From NCBI GenBank assembly GCA_965223905.1, contig CBDCXV010000009.1, positions 288,001 through 352,000 on the forward strand: a stretch of 64,000 nucleotides of DNA, read 5' to 3'. Below the pieces are notes generated by a model that saw only the letters and a list, made by a program, of their open reading frames with translations, was not told the origin of the DNA and did not search any database. Origin of the DNA: Candidatus Latescibacterota bacterium. Its GTDB lineage: Bacteria > Latescibacterota > UBA2968 > UBA8231. The position numbers were made by a program, and so were the translations under genes. Shown here piece after piece: positions 31,777-41,195 of this stretch. Numbering within the stretch: position 1 is the stretch's first letter; every line of letters starts with the position of its first letter.

Positions 31777-32951
31777 AGTTGGCAACGAGACTAGATCGCT
31801 ACCCGGGAAAAATGGTATCCAAACTGGCCCATCGCCTAGTTCATCTTTATGCCTCTGAAGCTGACTCCGTTATTGATCCCTTTTGCGGATCCGGCGCGAT
31901 CCTCGTTGCGGCTAAGCAAGCTGGAATCTCCGTTTCCGGGATTGATCTTAATCCCATCTCAGAATTGTTCTGTCGCGTGAAGATCCAACGATTTGATCCT
32001 GCTCTTGCTTTAAAACTTACCAGAACGTGGATCGCGGAGGCACAGGGAACACGCCATCCATTACCGGTTGATTGGAATAGAAAGAACTACTGGTTTACGC
32101 CGGGTACACTCAACAAGTTCGAGCGATTGAGAGCCGCGTCTAAGAATATTCCGCTCAGAAATAGCCCCGAAGGTTGGGCTGTCCTCCTCAGCTTCACCCT
32201 TGCCGTTAGGCTTTGCTCCAGAGCTGACCAGCGCAGCCCAAAACCTTTTATCTCACGGCAAGCCCGAAGTTCAAGGTCTGGCCTGCACTTCGATCCGAAT
32301 CGAGTCATCCTCGAACTGTTGGGGCAGCTTTCAGTACTCTATGGTGCCGATCAGCAAGAGGACACTCGGTTTCGTTTCGTTTGCGCCGATGTTTGCGGAC
32401 CGGGTCGTCAGTTCCGTAGTTTAGGTAAACATTCACATGCTATCACCTCTCCACCCTACATAAATGCGCAAGATTATTTCCGGAATTTTAAGCTTGAACT
32501 GTACCTATTGGAAGGAATCCTGCCCTTAAAAGTGAGTAGCCTTCGAGAACGCTTCGTAGGGACGGAGCGTGGGCAGTTGTTGGAGAAAGTACCCCAGGCA
32601 TCCATCGAGAGAGACTACGCATTGTTACCCGAACTAAGTGGTTTAAAAGCCAACTCCCCTCGGCTCTGCGCAGTTGTTCATCGATATCTTTACGATATGA
32701 GTAATGCCTTTGACGTGGTAAAAGAGACATTAGAGCACAATGCTTGCCTGGTGGTTGTATGCGGGGACAACCTCGTTGGAGGTCTTAGAATTTTGACTTG
32801 GAACGTTCTACACACGATTCTGGAAGAAAAGGGCTTCACGCTCTTCGATCGATTCAGCGATCCAATCAGCGATAGATTACTTGCTCCTAAACGGTTTGGT
32901 CATAAAGGGTTGATTAAGGAAGAAATCGTTTCTGCTTATCGTCTGATCTGA
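31773..32951 (+). CDS. Amino (N4-C/N6-A) DNA methyltransferase, alpha-type motif order
   Basis: RYPGKM, DPFCGSG (motif I) N-terminal, TSPPY (motif IV) downstream; ATGA-coupled. Confidence 0.85.
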   Translation: MKLATRLDRYPGKMVSKLAHRLVHLYASEADSVIDPFCGSGAILVAAKQAGISVSGIDLNPISELFCRVKIQRFDPALALKLTRTWIAEAQGTRHPLPVDWNRKNYWFTPGTLNKFERLRAASKNIPLRNSPEGWAVLLSFTLAVRLCSRADQRSPKPFISRQARSSRSGLHFDPNRVILELLGQLSVLYGADQQEDTRFRFVCADVCGPGRQFRSLGKHSHAITSPPYINAQDYFRNFKLELYLLEGILPLKVSSLRERFVGTERGQLLEKVPQASIERDYALLPELSGLKANSPRLCAVVHRYLYDMSNAFDVVKETLEHNACLVVVCGDNLVGGLRILTWNVLHTILEEKGFTLFDRFSDPISDRLLAPKRFGHKGLIKEEIVSAYRLI

Positions 32952-33150
32952 GCAGGGCATAACGGAGTTGACGGTGCTTTGGTGAAACAGGCCCTCACCA
33001 AGTTCAAGAACCAAAAACTCACGTCCTTGCTTGAAGTTGGGTTGCCTCGGATGAACATCCCCGACAAGCCCCGAACCAGGGAGGAGAAGTACCGTGTTAC
33101 GGCAAGGGGCATGGATCTGTTGGCCGTATTGGACAGGAAGCAGAATTGCC
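32950..33150 (+). pseudogene. Degenerate copy of the wHTH 3' end of the Schlafen-like/Fic genes
   Basis: TKFKNQKL...IPDKPRTREEKYRVTARGMDLLAVLDRK aligns by eye with 17420-17620. Confidence 0.75.
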
Positions 33151-33562
33151 CCGGCCCCCAATTGGAGCATAGCCCGTGTGGATCCATGACAGAGAGGTTG
33201 GCAGGGTCCTGATTGTAGACGATGAACCGGCAGCACGTAATGCCTACGGCTATCCCGTCGAGGAGTTGGGTTTGGAGCCGGTTAAGATCCAGGGACCTGT
33301 TGGGGGTCCAGATTCCTTTCTAGGCCGCGTGGAATCTTCCGATGCCGTAGTCTGCGACTATCGCCTTAAGAAGCACGATTACGCCGCCTGCGATGGGGAT
33401 GTCCTTGTGGCGGAATGCTACAAGGCTGGCATACCGGCTACGCTCTGTACCACCTACACCGATGCCGGCGTTACAATCCGCCGCGACTGTCTGAGGTACA
33501 TCCCGGCTTTCCTCAAAACCAACAGTTCGGAGCCTGACGCGCTCATTGGGGCTTGGGAAAAA

Positions 33563-35168
33563 GTAACCGTTCAGTCCCCCCTGCAGTAGTTTGAGCATAT
33601 AAAGAAATACCTACGCGGGTTTTGGGGTTCGTCGGTATCTTCGGGAATCGGTTGTGTGTTGCAGATTTCCCTGGATACGGCGACCCCATGAAGAGACCCC
33701 CTGAGAGTGCGATTTCCGAAGGCGACTTGCGTCAGCGCATTGTCCAGCTCGAGCAAATCGTGGAACAACAGACGGCGCGGATCGCCGAGCTGGAGCGGGA
33801 ATTGGCCCGCCGCGGTGCCCGGGCCGCCTCGTCGGAATCGGGCGCTTCCTCCTCGCCTCGCACCGACGCCTCCCGACGCCGATCCTCGGGGCGCTCGCCG
33901 GGCGGACAGCCCGGGCACGAAGGACACGGCCGCTCGTGGGTATCGGTGGAGCAGGTGGACGAACTGATCCCCGTCAAGCCGAGTACGTGCCACGGATGCG
34001 GGCACCTGTTGACGGGAGACGATCCCCATCCGCAGCGTCACCAGGCAGTCGTCATCCCGCCGGTGCGGGCCGAGGTCATCGAGTATCAGTTGCACACCCT
34101 GCGCTGCGGTCACTGCGACCGCCTGACCGAAGCCGGTTGGCCCGAGGGCGTATCGCGGCACACCTTCGGTCCCAGCGTGCAAGCCTGGGTCGGCCTGTTG
34201 GCCGGGGCCTACCGGCTGAGCAAGCGCAACATCCGGGCGCTGTTGTCCGACGCCTTCGGCCTGGAGGTGTCGCTGGGTACCGTCAGCCGGCTGGAACAGG
34301 AAGTGGCCACGGCCCTGGCGGGTGCGGTCGAGGAGGCGCGCGCCTTCGTTCGCCGACAGGGCATCGTCAACGTCGACGAGACCGGCTGGCGCCAGCGCCG
34401 CGCCAAGGCCTGGTTGTGGACCGCGGTGACGGACGGCGTCACCGTGTTCTCCATCCGCAAAAGACGTAACCGCGACGGGGTCGATGAGATGCTGGGTGCG
34501 GATAACCGGGCGGTGGTCGGCTGCGATCGCTATTCGGCCTACGCGCATCTGCCGCTGCGACGCCGGCAAGTCTGCTGGGCTCACCTGCGGCGCGCCTTCG
34601 AGGAGTTCGTGGCCCGGGGCGGAGAGGCCGAGCGCGTCGGTCAACACCTGTTGGACCGCAGCGAGCAGCTGTTTACCTGGTGGCATCAAGTCCGCGACGG
34701 TACCCTGTCCCGCGCCCGCTTCCAGGACTATATCGACGATTTGTGTCTGCGCTTTCGGTTTCATTTGTGCTATGGGCAGCAGTTCGCCGACGCCAAGACG
34801 GCGGCCACCTGCGCCAATCTCCTCGACCTCGGGCCGGCCCTGTGGACCTTCGCACGCCGGCCCGGCGTCGAGCCGACCAACAACGACGCCGAACGAGCCC
34901 TTCGCCATGGCGTGTTGTGGCGTCACACCAGCTTCGGCACCCACAGTGCCGAAGGCAGCCGTTTCGTAGAGCGCCTGCTCACGGTGCGCGATACCCTGCG
35001 CCAGCAGCAGCGCAACGTCCTCGACTATCTCAGGATGGCCTGTGACGCCGCCGTGTCTAAGCAGCCGGCGCCCTCGCTGCTGCCTTCAACCCACTCCCCC
35101 ATTCGTTAATAGTCAACCTGCTACCATTCCGCCCCCGCCCCAACCTGCCAGGGGAACTGAACGGTTAC
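33563..35168 (+). mobile_element. IS66-family element (single-ORF, ISBst12-like)
   Basis: IRs gtaaccgttcagt...actgaacggttac; flanks gggaaaaa / ccgagatg show no TSD. Confidence 0.88.
33688..35109 (+). CDS. IS66 transposase TnpC
   Basis: GGQPGHEG, CxxC zinc ribbon, VDETGW, QVCWAHLRR, PTNNDAERALR. Confidence 0.92.
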   Translation: MKRPPESAISEGDLRQRIVQLEQIVEQQTARIAELERELARRGARAASSESGASSSPRTDASRRRSSGRSPGGQPGHEGHGRSWVSVEQVDELIPVKPSTCHGCGHLLTGDDPHPQRHQAVVIPPVRAEVIEYQLHTLRCGHCDRLTEAGWPEGVSRHTFGPSVQAWVGLLAGAYRLSKRNIRALLSDAFGLEVSLGTVSRLEQEVATALAGAVEEARAFVRRQGIVNVDETGWRQRRAKAWLWTAVTDGVTVFSIRKRRNRDGVDEMLGADNRAVVGCDRYSAYAHLPLRRRQVCWAHLRRAFEEFVARGGEAERVGQHLLDRSEQLFTWWHQVRDGTLSRARFQDYIDDLCLRFRFHLCYGQQFADAKTAATCANLLDLGPALWTFARRPGVEPTNNDAERALRHGVLWRHTSFGTHSAEGSRFVERLLTVRDTLRQQQRNVLDYLRMACDAAVSKQPAPSLLPSTHSPIR

Positions 35169-35648
35169 CCGAGATGAGCGGCATATTCCTTCCCTCGAGG
35201 AGACCGTGGCGTTCGCTTGTTCGAGTTGAGGAGGTCGATCACGAGCGAGGATGTTTCTACGCGGTGGTGTCATCGTGGGATGTTCACAAGAAGATCAGGA
35301 TCGACAATGACGGTGTCCCGGGTGAGATACTGAAACGGCTACAGCCGGGCAGACGATTCCATGCCGAAGTCAACACCGGCGCGGAGAGCCATGAGGATTT
35401 GTTCTTTGTATCCTGGGAACCCGATGACCACCTGGAGAAGGAGAACCCACAGACTTTCGCAGATCTGCTGCTCGCGATTTCCCAGGATGACGAAGAGTTC
35501 GAGCGCCTTCGGTTGCAGCCCCGGCCGGTCGATTTCTGATGTTTCCACGGCGCTTTATTTTTCGATTCAGCGCAGATAGGGCGATTCAAAAGTTCCGCAC
35601 AAAGAAAAAGGGCGCAGGGGACTATCAGGAGATGGAAGTGGTGCGCGT

Positions 35649-36235
35649 ATGAGCGCCAAGACCGTTGCCATACCGGATTGGAATCCTCGGGTATCCTGCC
35701 ACCGATCAGTTCTGCGGACTCTGCGTCGAGGGACCGCTCTCCGTACCGTGCAAGGCTCGTGGATTTCGTATTGCGGTTCGGGGACACCGCACCTCGTCAA
35801 GACCTCGTGGAGGGGTTACTGAACTTCCGTGTTGCCCTGGCGCAAATTGGCCTTGTGAATGGTTTTCAATGGGTCGACGGCAGCTTCCTCGAAGACATCG
35901 AGACGATAGAAAGTCGTAACCCAGGCGATATCGACGTCGTCACTTTCTTCCATCTGGCCGGAGAAGAGACTCAGGAGACGCTGTTTACGGCAGCGTCCCG
36001 GATCTTCAGTCCTGAGGATACCAAACAAAATTATCGTGTCGATGCTTATTTCGTGCAGTTGAATGGCGCTACCGTGGAGCTGGTTGTCGATCAAGCCACA
36101 TATTGGTACAGTCTCTGGTCTCATAGACGCAATGGTCAATGGAAAGGGTATCTCCAGATTGACCTTTCCCCATCTGAAGACCAGGAGGCCAGGGTCAACC
36201 TTGATGAAATGAGAAAACAAGGAGGCGACCCGTGA
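35649..36235 (+). CDS. DUF6932-like Pol-beta superfamily nucleotidyltransferase (apparent 1-nt frameshift near 35684)
   Basis: QWVDGSF and PGDIDVV (GS + DxD), VDAY, WKGY; MSAKTVAIPDWN from 35649 is one base out of frame with GILPPI. Confidence 0.65.
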
Positions 36236-37128
36236 ACATACGCGAGTACCACCAGCTCCAGGCGGAGCGGACCACCCTGGATGATTTGCTCGAGAGGCTA
36301 CCTCCGGAAAATATGATCGAACGAACCGGTCTGGAATTCCGCAAAAAGGAGGTGGAGGAAGCACTCGCTTCCCAGCCGGAGCCGTCCAGAAACCCCACCC
36401 GGGTGTGTCTGACCTTTCGCGGAAAACCCATCGCAGGATCCCATGGGATTTTCGCGGATTTCGGGGCGGAGGCCGTTCAGGCATTTACGAATACGGTTGC
36501 CACCATGGGCGCCAGCCAACATGCACCGCTCGGGTCGCGTGGTGCGATACCCAACCGTGAGGAGTACCGCCTGCTGATAACCGGCACGGCATCAGGATCA
36601 TTCGGTTTCGAATTGGAAGAGGCCGGGTACGACCTTTTTCCCGAATCCTCTCCGGTCGAGTCGGCAATTGTCCAGACAATGGAAATTCTTGAGGCTACGG
36701 TTGGAGCAGACGAAGTATTGGCGAATGCCGTTTCCGAAGCCGACCCGCGAGCGCTTGAGGCGCTGCGTGGGTTCCTGGGAACGATGGCGGATCAAGACGC
36801 GGTATGCACGGTTGAATTCAACGACGATGTTTTCCGGTTTGTGGACGTGGGCCAGGTCCGACGAAGCCAAGGCCGCCTGAGTCCGGAGAACATTCATGAA
36901 GAAGTGCGGGAAATCACAGGGCGTATTATTGGGGTATTGCCCTTCCGTCGTTCGTTCGAATTTCTGGAAGATGAAACAGGAGAATTGATCTCGGGCCGGA
37001 TCGATCGCGCTATCGAAGATGCTGCGGAAATTAATCAGGTTCTCAACAGATCCTTGAAGATCCGCGTGGATTCCAAACAGGTAGGAACAGCAAGCCCTCG
37101 TTACGTCCTTTTGGAATACGACATATAA
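36232..37128 (+). CDS. Hypothetical protein coupled to the NTase-like gene
   Basis: GTGA overlap, GGAGG RBS, 298 aa; TASGSFGFELEE motif; beta-rich C-terminus. Confidence 0.75.
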   Translation: MNIREYHQLQAERTTLDDLLERLPPENMIERTGLEFRKKEVEEALASQPEPSRNPTRVCLTFRGKPIAGSHGIFADFGAEAVQAFTNTVATMGASQHAPLGSRGAIPNREEYRLLITGTASGSFGFELEEAGYDLFPESSPVESAIVQTMEILEATVGADEVLANAVSEADPRALEALRGFLGTMADQDAVCTVEFNDDVFRFVDVGQVRRSQGRLSPENIHEEVREITGRIIGVLPFRRSFEFLEDETGELISGRIDRAIEDAAEINQVLNRSLKIRVDSKQVGTASPRYVLLEYDI

Positions 37129-37164
37129 CGGCACTTGATCCTTCGATCCCGGTCGGGTAGGAGA

Positions 37165-40100
37165 ATGACCCCGATCCTCTATACCGAGGACACCCTCGTT
37201 CAGCAGACCACCGCCGATTACCTGGAGCAGCGGCTCGGCTGGGAGTCTATCTACGCCTACAACCGCGAGGACTTCGGCCCCACCAGCCTGCTCGGCCGTG
37301 GCTCGGACCGCGAGATGGTTCTGGAGCTGACCCTTCGTGGGAAACTTGCGGAGCTTAACCCCGGCCTGTCCGATTCCGCGTACGACGACGCCGTACGGCA
37401 GATCACCGCCGTTTCCGCTTCCCAGACCTTTGTCGCCACTAACCGTGAGAAGTACAAGCTGGTAAGGGACGGCGTGCAGGTCGCCTTTAACAACGATCAG
37501 GGCCAGCGGGAGTCGCGCCTCCTGCGCCTGTTCGACTTCGCCGAGCCGGCCAACAATCATTTCCTGTGCGTGCGCGAGCTGTGGGTGCAGGGGGATCTCT
37601 ACCGCCGCCGCGCCGACATCGTCGGCTTCGTCAATGGCCTGCCCCTGCTGTTCATCGAGTGCAAGAACATCCACCGCGACCTCAAGGCCGCCTTCGAGGG
37701 GAACTACTCCGACTACCGCGACACCATTCCCCACCTCTTCCACCACAACGCAGTGGTGATGTTCGCCAACGGCGAGAAGGCGAAGATCGGCTCCATCACC
37801 AGCCGCTGGGAACACTTCCACGAGTGGAAGCGCCTGGCCGAGGAGGAGCCGGGTGTGGTCGACATGGAGACGCTGCTCAAGGGGGTCTGCGACAAGCGCA
37901 ACTTCATGGACCTGGTGGAGAACTTCATCCTCTTCGACGATTCCTCGGGTGAGACGCGGAAGATCCTGGCTCGCAACCACCAGTTCCTCGGCGTCAACAG
38001 GGCGGTCGAAGCGGTGCGCGACCGCGAGAAGCGGCAGGGCCGGCTCGGTGTCTTCTGGCACACCCAGGGTGCCGGCAAGAGCTACTCGATGGTGATGTTC
38101 ACCCGCAAGGTGCATCGCAAGGTGGGAAGGAATTTCACCTTCCTGGTGCTGACCGACCGGGAAGATCTCGACCGCCAGATCTACAAGACCTTCGCTGGCT
38201 GCGGCGTGGTGGATCACGACCGCGACCCCTGCCGGGCGGCAGACGGAAAGCACCTCGGCCGCTTGCTGGCCGAGCACAAGTCCCACGTCTTCTCGCTGAT
38301 CCAGAAGTTCAACCTGGACCCGGGCGCCGGCTACACGATGCGCAGCGACATCGTCGTCATCACCGACGAGGCGCACCGCACCCAGTACGGGACGCTGGCG
38401 CTCAACATGCGCAACGCAATCCCCAACGCCAGTTACATCGGTTTTACCGGCACTCCGCTGTTCACCGACGATGAGATCACCCGGCGCGTTTTCGGCGAGT
38501 ACGTGTCGACCTACGATTTCCAGCGCGCGGTGGAGGACGAGGCCACGGTGCGGCTCTACTACGACGCTCGCGGCGACAAGCTGGGCGTTGCCATCGGCGA
38601 CCTGAACGAGCGCATCGCCGACAAGCTGGATGAGTTCGACATCGAGGACGTCGACGTGGAGCAGCGCCTGGAGCAAGACCTGAAGCGGGACTATCACGTC
38701 GTCACCGCGGGCAGGCGTCTCGACCAGGTAGCGCGGGACTTCGTGCAGCACTATTCCGCGGCCTGGGAGACCGGAAAGTCAATGCTGGTCTGTATCGACA
38801 AGATCACCTGTGTGCGCATGCATGCGCTGATCGAGCGCTATTGGAACGAGCGCATCGAGGAACTGGAGGAGGAGCAGAAGTTTACTGACGACGAACAGGA
38901 GGAGATTTATCTCCAGCGGCAGGTCGAGTGGATGCGGGAGACCCGAATCGCCGTGGTGGTGAGCGAAGAGCAGGGGGAGGTGGCGAAGTTCCGCAAGTGG
39001 GAGCTGGACATCACCCCGCACCGGAGGCTCATCAAGAATGGTATGGACCTGCCGGAGTCGATGCGCAGCAAGCCGCAGTTCCGCCGAAAGCAGCGGATGG
39101 CGGTCGACGAAGCCTTCAAGGCGGAGGAGCACCCGTTCCGCATCGCCATCGTCTGCGCCATGTGGCTGACCGGTTTCGACGTGCCCAGCCTCTCCACGCT
39201 CTACCTCGACAAACCGCTCAAGGCCCACACCCTGATGCAGGCCATCGCCCGCGCAAACCGGGTCAACGAGGGCAAGAACAACGGCCTGATCGTCGACTAT
39301 TGCGGCATCCTCAGGCACCTGCGCAAGGCCCTGGCGACCTTTGCCGGTACCGCCGACGAAGGTGGAGGAGGAGGCGTCGGCGGAGAGATCGATCCTGTGC
39401 AACCGGGAAAGGAGCTGCTCGCCGGCCTCGCCGAAGCGATCGCCATGGTGCGCTCTTTCCTCGAAGAACGCCGTGCGCCGCTCGACGACGTCATCCGCAA
39501 GACCGGTTTCGAGCGCAACGCGGCCATCGTGGCCTGCAAGGAAGCGGCCAACGAGAACGACGAGACCCGCAAGCGCTTCGAGGTGATCTGCCGCGAGGTG
39601 TTCAGAAAGTTCAAGGCCTGCATCAACCTGGGGGGCGTTAACGCCTACCGGGGGGATCGCGACGCCATCGACGCCGTGTACCGGAGCCTTCAGCAGGACC
39701 GCGAGCAGGCCGACATCACCGACATCATCCGTGCCCTCCACGGAGTGGTGGACGAGGCTATCGACCTGCGGCAGGAAGGCGTTGGCGAGGGTCCCCGGGA
39801 GCCGTTGGACATCAGCCTGATCGACTTCGACCGGCTCAAGCGGGAGTTCGAGGGCAGTCCCGCCAAGCGGACGACAGTGCAGTCCCTCAAGGAGGCAGTG
39901 GAGGAGAGGCTCCGGCGCCTGCTGGCCTGCAACCCGCTGCGGACCGATTTCCAGAAGCATTTCGAGGAGATCGTCAAAGAGTACAACCGGGAGAAGGACC
40001 GGGTGACCATCGAGCATACCTTCGAGGCATTGCTCAACCTCGTGAAGGAGCTGGATGCGGAGGAAAAGCGGGCCTTCAATACGGGATTGAACGAGGAATC

Positions 40101-40416
40101 GCTGGCGATCTTCGACCTTCTGCAGAAACCGGATCTCGGGGCACGCGACATCAACCGCATCAAGATGGTCTCCATGGAGCTGCTGCGAACCTTGAAAGAG
40201 GGGAAGCTCCGCGTCGAACAGTGGCGCGAGAAGGAGGCGACCAGGGCTGCGGTCAAGGGCGAGATCCAGGACTTCCTGTGGAGCGACGTAACCGGGCTGC
40301 CGCCCGACACCTACACGGATGACGATGTGCAAGTGAGAGTGGATGACGTTTTCCGTCACGTATACCGGGCCTACCCGACGGTGCCCTCCCCTTACTACGT
40401 GAGCGACGCCGCGTGA
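37165..40416 (+). CDS. hsdR: Type I restriction endonuclease HsdR
   Basis: RADIV..NGLPLLFIECK nuclease, HTQGAGKS, DEAHR, FTGTP, MWLTGFD, QAIARANR. Confidence 0.95.
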   Translation: MTPILYTEDTLVQQTTADYLEQRLGWESIYAYNREDFGPTSLLGRGSDREMVLELTLRGKLAELNPGLSDSAYDDAVRQITAVSASQTFVATNREKYKLVRDGVQVAFNNDQGQRESRLLRLFDFAEPANNHFLCVRELWVQGDLYRRRADIVGFVNGLPLLFIECKNIHRDLKAAFEGNYSDYRDTIPHLFHHNAVVMFANGEKAKIGSITSRWEHFHEWKRLAEEEPGVVDMETLLKGVCDKRNFMDLVENFILFDDSSGETRKILARNHQFLGVNRAVEAVRDREKRQGRLGVFWHTQGAGKSYSMVMFTRKVHRKVGRNFTFLVLTDREDLDRQIYKTFAGCGVVDHDRDPCRAADGKHLGRLLAEHKSHVFSLIQKFNLDPGAGYTMRSDIVVITDEAHRTQYGTLALNMRNAIPNASYIGFTGTPLFTDDEITRRVFGEYVSTYDFQRAVEDEATVRLYYDARGDKLGVAIGDLNERIADKLDEFDIEDVDVEQRLEQDLKRDYHVVTAGRRLDQVARDFVQHYSAAWETGKSMLVCIDKITCVRMHALIERYWNERIEELEEEQKFTDDEQEEIYLQRQVEWMRETRIAVVVSEEQGEVAKFRKWELDITPHRRLIKNGMDLPESMRSKPQFRRKQRMAVDEAFKAEEHPFRIAIVCAMWLTGFDVPSLSTLYLDKPLKAHTLMQAIARANRVNEGKNNGLIVDYCGILRHLRKALATFAGTADEGGGGGVGGEIDPVQPGKELLAGLAEAIAMVRSFLEERRAPLDDVIRKTGFERNAAIVACKEAANENDETRKRFEVICREVFRKFKACINLGGVNAYRGDRDAIDAVYRSLQQDREQADITDIIRALHGVVDEAIDLRQEGVGEGPREPLDISLIDFDRLKREFEGSPAKRTTVQSLKEAVEERLRRLLACNPLRTDFQKHFEEIVKEYNREKDRVTIEHTFEALLNLVKELDAEEKRAFNTGLNEESLAIFDLLQKPDLGARDINRIKMVSMELLRTLKEGKLRVEQWREKEATRAAVKGEIQDFLWSDVTGLPPDTYTDDDVQVRVDDVFRHVYRAYPTVPSPYYVSDAA

Positions 40417-40595
40417 ACTTCCGCGGCCCGCAACAGGCCCCGGCCCGGGGTTGATTTTTCGCGGCTCGCGGCCAAAGTTCCCCACATGGCCGCGGGCGCG
40501 GACCGGCCGGCCGATACCGGCCCAGCAGCGCCGGGCTCAAAACGCGGACCGGGAAGCGCCCGCAACTCGTTCCGCCCAATCTGCAGGGGATTCCA

Positions 40596-41063
40596 ATGAC
40601 TGAAAAAGCGATGTTCGGAGCCGGCTGTTTCTGGGGGGTGGAAGCCGCCTTCCTCGAGGTTCCCGGGGTCGTCGACGTCGCCTCCGGCTATTCCGGTGGC
40701 CGCACCGACAACCCGACCTACCGGCAGGTGTGCAGCGATACCACCGGCCACGCCGAGGTGGTCGAGATCGACTTCGATCCCGAGAAGGTCTCCTACGAGC
40801 GGCTCGTCGAGCTCTTCTTCGACATCCACGATCCCACCACCCTCAACAGGCAGGGGCCGGACTTCGGCTCGCAGTACCGCTCCGCCATCTTCTACCACAC
40901 CCCGGAGCAGCGGGACGCGGCGGAGCGGGTGAAGGAAGAGCGGGAGGCATCCGGTCGGCACGGCCGCCCCATCGTCACCGAGGTGACCGCGGCGGAGCCC
41001 TTCTACCGGGCCGAGGAGTACCACCAGCGCTACTTTCAGCGGCGCGGGATCGCCCACCATTAG
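40596..41063 (+). CDS. msrA: Peptide methionine sulfoxide reductase A
   Basis: GCFWG, TGHAE, QYRS, AEEYHQ. Confidence 0.95.
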   Translation: MTEKAMFGAGCFWGVEAAFLEVPGVVDVASGYSGGRTDNPTYRQVCSDTTGHAEVVEIDFDPEKVSYERLVELFFDIHDPTTLNRQGPDFGSQYRSAIFYHTPEQRDAAERVKEEREASGRHGRPIVTEVTAAEPFYRAEEYHQRYFQRRGIAHH

Positions 41064-41102
41064 AACAGCTGGACCAGCATTTCCCATGAGATCGGAGCGG
41101 CA

Positions 41103-41195
41103 GTGAACGACAGGGCGCTGTACGAACGCGCGACGCAGCTCATTCCCGGCGGCGTCAACAGCCCGGTGCGGGCCTTCAAGGCGGAGGGAAAGTGA
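41103..41195 (+). repeat. Diverged duplicate of the hemL 5' end forming a 30-codon mini-ORF
   Basis: [30 protein letters not shown]-stop; its TGA overlaps the hemL GTG. Confidence 0.85.

Larger units (their letters stand above)
33176..35539 (+). pseudogene. Receiver (REC) domain protein with C-terminal beta domain, split by IS66
   Basis: VLIVDDE and VVCDYRL before the IS; EMSGIFLPSRRPWRSLVRV...EVNTGA...FVSWE after it. Confidence 0.7.

Noticed and set aside
36598-40485. Long minus-strand ORFs opposite hsdR (and similar antisense ORFs throughout)
   Set aside because: Antisense shadows of well-supported genes, caused by GC3 bias
40596-41063. msrA as a second selenoprotein
   Set aside because: The catalytic GCFWG codon is TGT (Cys) and the gene ends in TAG
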